Part shown: in pieces, positions 27,299-33,519 of the stretch
Position numbering within the stretch: position 1 is the stretch's first letter
How the letters are laid out: each line of letters starts with the position of its first letter
Source: Candidatus Uhrbacteria bacterium RIFCSPHIGHO2_02_FULL_57_19
GTDB taxonomy: Bacteria; Patescibacteriota; Patescibacteriia; 2-12-FULL-57-11
Assembly: GCA_001791115.1 (NCBI GenBank)
Contig: MGDZ01000004.1
Location: 1 to 40,764 of the forward strand
Direction: 5' to 3'
DNA: 40,764 bases
The notes under the pieces: model-generated
What the model was told of the DNA's origin: nothing
Database searches by the model: none
What the model saw: the letters and a program-made list of their open reading frames with translations, nothing else
Made by a program: the position numbers and the translations under genes

Positions 27299-27355
27299 GA
27301 ACCCGCGACCTCCGGGTTATGGGCCCGGCGAGCTGCCAGACTGCTCTACCCCGCT
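27282..27355 (-). tRNA. Initiator-type tRNA-Met (anticodon CAT), CCA not encoded
   Basis: AGCGGGG-T-A-GAGC-AGTCTGGCA-GCTC-G-CCGGG-CCCATAA-CCCGG-AGGTC-GCGGG-TTCAAAT-CCCGC-CCCCGCA-A. Three G-C pairs close the anticodon stem. Position 1-72 is an A x A mismatch. Confidence 0.85.
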
Positions 27356-27372
27356 ATATCAATCCTCGAATA

Positions 27373-27451
27373 TGCCGCCGGTCGGGGTCGAACCGACACG
27401 GGGTTGCCCCCATCCCGCCAAAGGCGGGACGTGCCCGCCTGCCAACGCCTA
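27373..27451 (-). pseudogene. 3' portion of a class-II tRNA (degenerate D/anticodon region, variable arm, T arm, acceptor 3' strand); no local 5' acceptor strand
   Basis: The minus strand ends ...TCCCG-CCTTTGG-CGGGA-T-GGGG-GCAA-CCCC-GT-GTCGG-TTCGACC-CCGAC-CGGCGGC-A. It starts immediately after the tRNA-Leu discriminator base. Confidence 0.6.
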
Positions 27452-27534
27452 TGCCGGAGGAGGGGATCGAACCCTCATGCCTTATGGGCACACGATTTTG
27501 AGTCGTGCGCGTCTGCCAATTCCGCCACTCCGGC
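27452..27534 (-). tRNA. tRNA-Leu (anticodon CAA), class II, CCA not encoded
   Basis: GCCGGAG-TG-GCGG-AATTGGCAGA-CGC-G-CACGA-CTCAAAA-TCGTG-TGCCCATAAGGCAT-GAGGG-TTCGATC-CCCTC-CTCCGGC-A. Confidence 0.92.
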
Positions 27535-27576
27535 GTAGGCATAGGCGGGCAGGTCTGCTAATTCCACCACGGCGGC
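27535..27576 (-). pseudogene. 5' half of a class-II tRNA whose acceptor strand matches the 3' piece at 27373-27451
   Basis: GCCGCCG-TG-GTGG-AATTAGCAGA-CCTGCCCGCCTATGCCTAC. GCCGCCG is the exact complement of CGGCGGC at 27374-27380. The D arm is nearly identical to that of tRNA-Leu. Confidence 0.6.
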
Positions 27577-27650
27577 GTGCGGGAATAGGATACTCGGCTC
27601 GCTGGTTATTGTCAAACCAGTTCATCTGAGTTATTATCCCGTCGTTGTGA

Positions 27651-27724
27651 GGCGGGGTAGCTCAGTTGGTTAGAGCGAGGGACTCATAAGCCCTAGGTCG
27701 CCGGTTCGATCCCGGCCCCCGCTA
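27651..27724 (+). tRNA. tRNA with anticodon CAT (elongator Met or lysidine-dependent Ile2), CCA not encoded
   Basis: GGCGGGG-T-A-GCTC-AGTTGGTTA-GAGC-G-AGGGA-CTCATAA-GCCCT-AGGTC-GCCGG-TTCGATC-CCGGC-CCCCGCT-A. Confidence 0.88.
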
Positions 27725-27735
27725 TTTGAGAATAC
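27708..27735. repeat. 28-nt direct repeat R1 (T-loop to 3' end of tRNA-CAT plus 11 nt of flank)
   Basis: GATCCCGGCCCCCGCTATTTGAGAATAC, identical to 27846-27873. Confidence 0.92.
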
Positions 27736-27740
27736 ACAAG

Positions 27741-27862
27741 TAGCGGGACGGGATCGAACAGGGAAGGGTCGGAAACCGTGAGGTTTCCGTGGAGGAAGTA
27801 TTGAAACCGAGTGGTTTCAAAAGCCCCGCCCTGCGGGGCGTGTGAGATCCCGGCCCCCGCTA
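27741..27862 (+). ncRNA. Candidate structured RNA: a 13-bp interrupted closing helix plus three perfect hairpins (cloverleaf topology)
   Basis: TAGCGGG/CCCGCTA and GGGATC/GATCCC close the structure. The hairpins are CGGAAACC-GTGA-GGTTTCCG (27770-27789), TTGAAACC-GAGT-GGTTTCAA (27801-27820) and GCCCCGC-CCT-GCGGGGC (27823-27839). Its 3' strand is repeat R2. Confidence 0.35.
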
Positions 27863-27873
27863 TTTGAGAATAC
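27846..27873. repeat. 28-nt direct repeat R2
   Basis: Identical to 27708-27735; offset 138 bp. Confidence 0.92.
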
Positions 27874-27900
27874 CGATACCATCCAAGTTTTATTAAATTG

Positions 27901-28878
27901 ATGGGACCGACGCTTAATCTTTACTACGACATCCAGATTCTGATGCTCCTGGTGGTTTTCGCCGCCGGGGTGTTTTTTGTCGAACGGGATCGAAGGCACC
28001 GGCGCGGTTCCGTCGCCCATCGGTTTCAGGCGCTGTCCAAGACGGCGGCGGTTCTTTGCACGCTGGGTTTCATTTTTGTTGTTTACGGCAGTTTCATCGA
28101 GCCGCGCATCATCCGGGTGGTCCGAGCGGAGGTGGGACTAACGGGTCGGCGGCCGCTCTCCGCGCCCGTGCGCATCGCGCTTATCTCCGATAGTCACCTC
28201 GGCCCTTTCAAACGGGACAGGTTCATGCGCCGAGTGGCGGCGGAACTCATCCGGATCAAGCCGGACATCGTCGTGCTCGCCGGGGATCTGGTCGAGGATG
28301 CGACACGGACCGGTGAAGCCCGCTATCTGCTGCCGCTGGCCGAAGTCGCGCGCCGAATACCCGTCTTTGTCGCCCTGGGGAATCACGACTCTGGACTGGG
28401 GGATGAACTGGATTACTTGCCTCTGGACGAGCACGAGGCCGAAGTGGCTGGCGCCCTCGGAGAGGCCGGCGCCGTGGTGCTAAAAAATGAGCATCAGGTT
28501 ATTGAGGTAGGTGGTGTCCGGGTTCTCATAGCCGGTCTGGCCGACATCCGCAGCGGGAAAACCGACCCGGGCGCCGCTCTCTCTGGTGCCCCGCCGGATA
28601 TCCCGCGGATAGTCATCGCCCACAACCCCGACGTGGTGCGGCTTCTTGATTCCAGAGAGGTCGATTTGCTCCTCGCCGGCCACACCCACGGCGGCCAGTT
28701 TCGTTTGCCGGGCATTGGTTCTCTGGTCCGCATTCCCACTACCTTGGGTCAAGACGTCGACCGCGGACTTTTCCGGATCGGGGGCATACCTCTTTACATC
28801 ACCAGCGGCATCGGGGAGTCCGGCGCCCGTGCCCGCCTTTTCATTCCCCCGGAAATTGCGCTCATCACGGTGAGGTAG
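27901..28878 (+). CDS. Membrane-anchored metallophosphoesterase (calcineurin-like, YaeI type)
   Basis: N-terminal TM segments. ISDSHLG, GDLVED, GNHD and AGHTHGGQ motifs. Confidence 0.88.
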   Translation: MGPTLNLYYDIQILMLLVVFAAGVFFVERDRRHRRGSVAHRFQALSKTAAVLCTLGFIFVVYGSFIEPRIIRVVRAEVGLTGRRPLSAPVRIALISDSHLGPFKRDRFMRRVAAELIRIKPDIVVLAGDLVEDATRTGEARYLLPLAEVARRIPVFVALGNHDSGLGDELDYLPLDEHEAEVAGALGEAGAVVLKNEHQVIEVGGVRVLIAGLADIRSGKTDPGAALSGAPPDIPRIVIAHNPDVVRLLDSREVDLLLAGHTHGGQFRLPGIGSLVRIPTTLGQDVDRGLFRIGGIPLYITSGIGESGARARLFIPPEIALITVR

Positions 28879-28893
28879 TAGGATAATGACGAT

Positions 28894-29658
28894 ATGGCCC
28901 AGATCATTTCGGTGGTTAATCAGAAAGGGGGAGTGGGGAAGACGACAACGGCCGTGAACCTGGGGGCCTATTTGGCGGCGCTGGGGAAATTCGTGCTCCT
29001 AGTCGACCTCGACCCGCAGGCCAATGCCACCTCCGGTCTGGGCGTTGATCATCGAAAAATTGAACGCGGCGTCTACGAGGCGCTTCTTGGTGAAGCGAGC
29101 GTAAGGGAGGTGTCCGTGCCGACTCGGATTGAGGGCTATCGGCTGGTACCAGCCACTCAAGCCCTAGCCGGAGCCAATGTGGAATTGGTCAATCTTGATC
29201 GGCGCGAGTTTCGTCTGCACGACGCGCTCCTCGAAGTGCGCAATGATTACGACATTATTTTGATCGACTGCCCGCCGTCGCTGGGACTACTTACCATCAA
29301 CGGCCTGGTGGCCGCCGACCGGGTGCTCATCCCCGTCCAGGCCGAGTATTACGCGCTCGAAGGATTGGGACAGCTGATTCAGACCATCGGCTTGGTGCGC
29401 GACCATCTAAAGCCGAGCCTCGATGTGATGGGCGCGGTGATAACTATGTTCGACAAAAGAAACTCCCTTTCCGACGCGGTGATGCGCGACCTCTATCAGT
29501 TTTTCCCCAACAAGATTTTTCGCTCGGTGGTGCCGCGGAACGTCCGATTGGCCGAGGCCCCGTCGCATGGCTTGACTGTCATGGAGTACGATGGGGCATC
29601 AACCGGCGCCAAGGCCTACGAACGCCTAGCCCGCGAGGTTTTGGGTTTTGAATCATAA
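28894..29658 (+). CDS. parA: Chromosome partitioning ATPase ParA/Soj
   Basis: VVNQKGGVGKTTTAVNLGAYLA deviant Walker A; 254 aa. Confidence 0.93.
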   Translation: MAQIISVVNQKGGVGKTTTAVNLGAYLAALGKFVLLVDLDPQANATSGLGVDHRKIERGVYEALLGEASVREVSVPTRIEGYRLVPATQALAGANVELVNLDRREFRLHDALLEVRNDYDIILIDCPPSLGLLTINGLVAADRVLIPVQAEYYALEGLGQLIQTIGLVRDHLKPSLDVMGAVITMFDKRNSLSDAVMRDLYQFFPNKIFRSVVPRNVRLAEAPSHGLTVMEYDGASTGAKAYERLAREVLGFES

Positions 29659-29660
29659 AT

Positions 29661-30530
29661 ATGGTCATGAAAGGTCTTGGGCGCGGTTTGGGATCACTGA
29701 TCCCGCAGAAACAGCAGGAGGCCGCCAGTGGGCCGGTGTCGGAAACGGGGCGGCAGGCCGGCGGACCGCGGTATGTGCCCGTCTCCGACATTCAGCCGAA
29801 TCCCCACCAGCCGCGGGAGCAGTTTGGTCATCAACAGCTCGATGATCTGATTTCGTCGGTCAAGACTCACGGTATTCTCCAGCCGCTTATCGTCACCTCT
29901 CGGCCAGAGGGCGGTTATGAACTCATTGCCGGCGAGCGCAGGTTGCGTGCCGCGAAACTCGCGGGACTGCCGTCGGTTCCCGTGATCATACGGAACGCTA
30001 AGGAAATGGAAAAGCTGGAGCTGGCGCTTATCGAGAACATCCAGCGGCAGGATTTAAATCCTCTCGAAGAGGCCAAGGCCTACCGAAAACTTATTGATGA
30101 CCACAACCTGACCCAGGAAGAGGTTGCTCGCCGGATCGGAAAGAGCCGCCCGGTCGTTGCCAACGCGCTGCGTCTTCTAACGCTGCCCGAGACGGTTCAG
30201 TTGGCCATTCGCGACGGAAAAGTCGCGGCATCAGCGGCGAGGACTATCGCTTCATTCGAGACTCCGGACGAACAGTTGAAGTTTTACGAGACCCTGGCGG
30301 CGGAAAAACTCACGGTGCGTGATCTCGAGGATCGTCTGCGCGAAAGAAAATCCGGTCATCGCGGTCCGCGAGCAATGAAGGACCCCAACCTCGAGGCGGC
30401 CGAGGAAGAATTGCAGCAGGCGCTGGGAACCAAGGTGAAGATCGTCAAGCGCGGGGAGACCGGCAGGATTGAGATCGCGTTCTATTCAGATGAGGAGCTA
30501 GCCGCGCTCCGCGAGAAGCTGACGGCATGA
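29661..30530 (+). CDS. parB: Chromosome partitioning protein ParB/Spo0J
   Basis: NPHQPREQF, ILQPLIV and AGERRLRAAKLAGL motifs; HTH region. Confidence 0.93.
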   Translation: MVMKGLGRGLGSLIPQKQQEAASGPVSETGRQAGGPRYVPVSDIQPNPHQPREQFGHQQLDDLISSVKTHGILQPLIVTSRPEGGYELIAGERRLRAAKLAGLPSVPVIIRNAKEMEKLELALIENIQRQDLNPLEEAKAYRKLIDDHNLTQEEVARRIGKSRPVVANALRLLTLPETVQLAIRDGKVAASAARTIASFETPDEQLKFYETLAAEKLTVRDLEDRLRERKSGHRGPRAMKDPNLEAAEEELQQALGTKVKIVKRGETGRIEIAFYSDEELAALREKLTA

Positions 30531-30562
30531 AACATGCAACATCATGCAACGTGGAATACAAG

Positions 30563-30585
30563 GCGGCCCCGAGAGGGCCGCTTTT
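30563..30585. terminator. Intrinsic terminator between convergent parB and relA/spoT
   Basis: GCGGCCC-CGAGA-GGGCCGC followed by TTTT. Confidence 0.65.
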
Positions 30586-30614
30586 CGAATGATACATGAT
30601 GCGAGTTGCGAGTA

Positions 30615-32126
30615 TCAACCCTTCTTTCTGACCGGCGGGAGCACCTGCTTCAGCCAATCGGCGAGCTTCTGCTTGCTGTGGACTTTTATTTTGTCGCGGG
30701 CGTTTCCGGTTTTGACGAACTTGAGCCAGTCGGGCGATGGTCCTTTGCGGTTCTTATCCAGGATGATCTCCACCATGTCCCCGGACTTTAGAGGAGTCCC
30801 GAGCGCCGACATCACCTCGTTGATCCGCGCTCCGGAACAGTGATTGCCGACCTCGGTGTGAATGGCGTAGGCAAAGTCCACCGGGGTGGCGTCCTCGGGG
30901 AGATCAATGACGTCTCCGTTGGGCGTAAAAACGAAGATGTGGTTGTGGAAGACGTCAATTTTCATGTCCTCCAGGCGGCGGAGGAATTGCCTGGAATCCT
31001 GGATTTCCCTTTGGATCTTGGCCAGCTCCTTGACCCAAGCCAGCTTCTCCTTGGCCAGACTGGCTCGCTTGCCGCCCTCGTCGTACTGCCAGTGGGCGGC
31101 GATGCCGTATTCGGCTTCCTCGTGCATCTCCGGGGTGCGGATCTGGATTTCGACGATCTCACCGTCTTCACAGAAAACCGTGGTGTGCAGGGACTGGTAG
31201 CCGTTGGGTTTGGGTTGAGCGATATAGTCCTTGATTCGGCCTTTCAATGGATGCCAGCGCTGATGGATGATGCCCATGGCCGCGTAACAGTCCCCGACGG
31301 TGGGGACAACGATCCGCAGGGCAGCCAGATCGTGAATTTTATCGATGTCCTTATCGTGGGTGAGAAGTTTTTTGTAGAGACTGTAGAGATGTTTGGTTCG
31401 GCCGTGAATCTCCAGGATTTTTATGCCGGCCATGGTTAGGTCCTGACGGGTTAATTTGCGAATACGCTCCAGATACTGAGTCTTTTTTGGGAGGCGTTCT
31501 TTAAGAAGTCCGGTAACCCAGGCGTATTCCTTGGGGTAGGCATGCTTGAAAGAGTGGTCCTCAAGGAGGCCGCGGATCTCACCCATGCCCAGCCGGTTGG
31601 CGATAGGGGCGTAGATGTCCAGCGATTCCAGAGCGATACGGCGTCGTTTTGTTTCAGGAACTACGTCAAGAGTTTCCAGGTTGTGGACTCGGTCGGCAAA
31701 TTTGATGAAAATGGCCCGCACGTCTTGGGCCATGGCCAGGAACATCCGGCGCAGATTTTCCACATAGCGGTCTATGCCCCGATACTGGACTTTCCCCAGT
31801 TTGGTGACCCGTTCGACAAGTCCCAGAACGTCGTCGCCGAATTCCTTGTGAAGCTCCTGGCGCACTTCCTCGGGAGGCAGAGTGGTGTCTTCAAGCACAT
31901 CGTGGAGCAGGCCGGCCAGAACCACTGAGATGCCCAGCTTCATTTCCGCCAGCCGGACGGCCGTGGCCAGGGGATGGTTCAAGTAAGGTTCACCAGTGAT
32001 GCGGGTTTGTCCCTTGTGAGCCCGTTCGGCGAATTGGTAGGCGCGTCGAACCAGCGCCAGGTTGGCCGGCGATTCGCGATGGCGCAGCAGTCCGATAAGG
32101 GTTTCCAGGCGGGGTTCCATAGCCAT
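30615..32126 (-). CDS. relA: Bifunctional (p)ppGpp synthetase/hydrolase, short form (HD + synthetase + TGS; no distal C-terminal regulatory domains)
   Basis: HDVLEDT hydrolase HD motif; RelA_SpoT synthetase region (YQSLHTTV). The TGS-like C-terminus ends at about 500 aa. Start taken at ATG-32126; the ORF track extends to TTG-32156. Confidence 0.88.
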   Translation of the reverse strand: MAMEPRLETLIGLLRHRESPANLALVRRAYQFAERAHKGQTRITGEPYLNHPLATAVRLAEMKLGISVVLAGLLHDVLEDTTLPPEEVRQELHKEFGDDVLGLVERVTKLGKVQYRGIDRYVENLRRMFLAMAQDVRAIFIKFADRVHNLETLDVVPETKRRRIALESLDIYAPIANRLGMGEIRGLLEDHSFKHAYPKEYAWVTGLLKERLPKKTQYLERIRKLTRQDLTMAGIKILEIHGRTKHLYSLYKKLLTHDKDIDKIHDLAALRIVVPTVGDCYAAMGIIHQRWHPLKGRIKDYIAQPKPNGYQSLHTTVFCEDGEIVEIQIRTPEMHEEAEYGIAAHWQYDEGGKRASLAKEKLAWVKELAKIQREIQDSRQFLRRLEDMKIDVFHNHIFVFTPNGDVIDLPEDATPVDFAYAIHTEVGNHCSGARINEVMSALGTPLKSGDMVEIILDKNRKGPSPDWLKFVKTGNARDKIKVHSKQKLADWLKQVLPPVRKKG

Positions 32127-32296
32127 AACGTCTTTTTCAGCATAACACGGCCTCAAATTAGCTCAAAATGGCCTAGTAGTCGGCTTTGTTGACAAATTTC
32201 TCGACCTTGTGCTACCTTACCGCCACCTCTCAAGGGGGAGAGGCGGTCATTTACACAACGAAGCCATCGAGAAGTCTCGATGCAAGGAGGAAAGTC

Positions 32297-33127
32297 ATGG
32301 ATATCGTGACCAGCCCCCGCATCGAGGCCATGGTCTTCGATGCGATGTTTACCCTGCTCTTGGCCAAGGGTTCACGGCGGAAAATGATGGCCAAGATATT
32401 CCTTAAGCACCTGCGTCGAATAGCCAAGCGCTTGGGTATCAAGTTCCGACCGAGCAAAGGGTTCGCGCGGCGTCTGATGCGGATCACCAAAAGGGTCCGC
32501 GAAGCAACCCCGCCCACCCGGGACTACGGTCGCGATTGGTCTCGAGTAAACCGGCGGATTGCCGCAGAGATGTTGGGCGTTTCTGAGGAACTAGTCCTCA
32601 TGGAGGAGGGGCTGGCTATCCACCAGGAGGTCCTGTCCGACCCGGACCACTACGAGGTTCCGCGGAACATTCGGGAGATGCTCAAGCTCGCCAAGAAATT
32701 GGGTTTCCGCCTGGCCATCGCCTCCAACCAGAATGAAGCGGACCTCCTGCCGATGCTCGAGAAGCACAAGATCGGAGACTTCTTCGAGAAAGTGCTCTGC
32801 TCGGACAAACTGGGGATCTGCAAGCCGGACCCCGACTTCTTCAAGCGGGCTTACGCCGAGATCGGCGTCGCGTCGGAGTCAGTCTGCTACATCGGCAACA
32901 GCATCCGCAACGACCTGTCTGCCGCTTGGATCGGTTCTCGGGTAGTGCTCATCGACTACGACGGGGGCCTGAAGATCAATGAGACCGGCGGGGGTCTCTA
33001 CCTGGTCAAGGTCGTACGCAACATCGAGGAGCTATGCGATTGGCTGGGGGAGCAGGCCAAGTCTCCGATCAAGGGGCCGGCCAAGGCGTCGGATGCGGCC
33101 GTTTCACGCAGGGCCGTAAACGAATAG
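32297..33127 (+). CDS. HAD-superfamily hydrolase, haloacid-dehalogenase-like (motif I DxM, not DxD)
   Basis: MVFDAMFTLL (motif I), IASNQ (motif II), GNSIRND (motif IV). ATG-32297 lies 6 nt after AGGAGG (32285-32290). Confidence 0.75.
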   Translation: MDIVTSPRIEAMVFDAMFTLLLAKGSRRKMMAKIFLKHLRRIAKRLGIKFRPSKGFARRLMRITKRVREATPPTRDYGRDWSRVNRRIAAEMLGVSEELVLMEEGLAIHQEVLSDPDHYEVPRNIREMLKLAKKLGFRLAIASNQNEADLLPMLEKHKIGDFFEKVLCSDKLGICKPDPDFFKRAYAEIGVASESVCYIGNSIRNDLSAAWIGSRVVLIDYDGGLKINETGGGLYLVKVVRNIEELCDWLGEQAKSPIKGPAKASDAAVSRRAVNE

Positions 33128-33149
33128 GGCGGTACGCGCTTTTCCCCGC

Positions 33150-33187
33150 GCGCCGAGCGGACGAACGTTCTGCCCGGCGCTTTTTTT
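33150..33187 (+). terminator. Intrinsic terminator after the HAD gene
   Basis: GCGCCGAGC...GCCCGGCGC stem (one mismatch) followed by TTTTTTT. Confidence 0.7.
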
Positions 33188-33204
33188 ATCACCCGTACAC
33201 GCCC

Positions 33205-33233
33205 TTGACATTTTTTTGCGGCTTTGCTATCGT
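33205..33233 (+). promoter_or_regulatory. Sigma70-like promoter with no ORF downstream
   Basis: TTGACA 33205-33210, 17-nt spacer, TATCGT 33228-33233. Confidence 0.45.
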
Positions 33234-33331
33234 GGGCGGCAGTGATGCTAGGGCGGGCGCAAGCCCATCCCAAAAACTCGAACGCTCCTCGGTTCTCGTT
33301 CCTTGAGCCGGGGAGCTTTCGTTTGTTGACA

Positions 33332-33355
33332 GGGGGTAGGGTATAGGGGGTAGGG
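33332..33355 (+). repeat. G-quadruplex-type tract G5-TA-G3-TATA-G5-TA-G3
   Basis: Read directly: GGGGGTAGGGTATAGGGGGTAGGG. Confidence 0.7.
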
Positions 33356-33450
33356 AGTAGTTTGATATACTCAAAGCGGCGGGGATTGAGGCGTACCCTA
33401 GCATCACCAAGTTTAGGGGTTCACGCACTCGCCCCGCCATACGATAGGTT

Positions 33451-33475
33451 GTAGGGAGTAGAGTGTAGGGAGTAG
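33451..33475 (+). repeat. Tandem GTAGGGAGTAG x2 (14-nt period); a third copy lies at 33350-33360
   Basis: GTAGGGAGTAGAGT GTAGGGAGTAG. Confidence 0.85.
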
Positions 33476-33488
33476 ATATAATAAAAAA

Positions 33489-33515
33489 GACCCCCGGTGG
33501 GGGTCTTTTCGTTTG
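33489..33515. terminator. Bidirectional intrinsic terminator (topA on the minus strand; candidate ncRNA on the plus strand)
   Basis: AAAAAA-GACCCCC-GGT-GGGGGTC-TTTTCGTTT. Confidence 0.8.
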
Positions 33516-33519
33516 ATAA

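Larger units (their letters stand above)
33240..33515 (+). ncRNA. Candidate non-coding transcript (unclassified)
   Basis: Bounded by the promoter above and the terminator at 33489-33515. No credible ORF. Contains a GGGC-GCAA-GCCC hairpin, a G-tract run and GTAGGGAGTAG x3. Strand and ends are inferred only. Confidence 0.3.

Noticed and set aside
27129-27629. 166-aa plus-strand ORF across the tRNA island
   Set aside because: It spans three tRNA genes and their relics on the opposite strand. It is an artefact of a stop-free GC-rich region.
33242-33407. The 12-bp perfect long-range inverted repeat, considered as proof of RNA structure
   Set aside because: A single 12-bp inverted repeat within ~200 nt is expected roughly once by chance in a 40-kb window, by a rough estimate that was not computed exactly. 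I keep it only as supporting detail for the ncRNA candidate.
33477-33482. Consensus TATAAT just before the bidirectional terminator
   Set aside because: No -35 box is present, and the hexamer sits only 7 nt before the terminator hairpin. It most likely reflects the AT-rich terminator flank.
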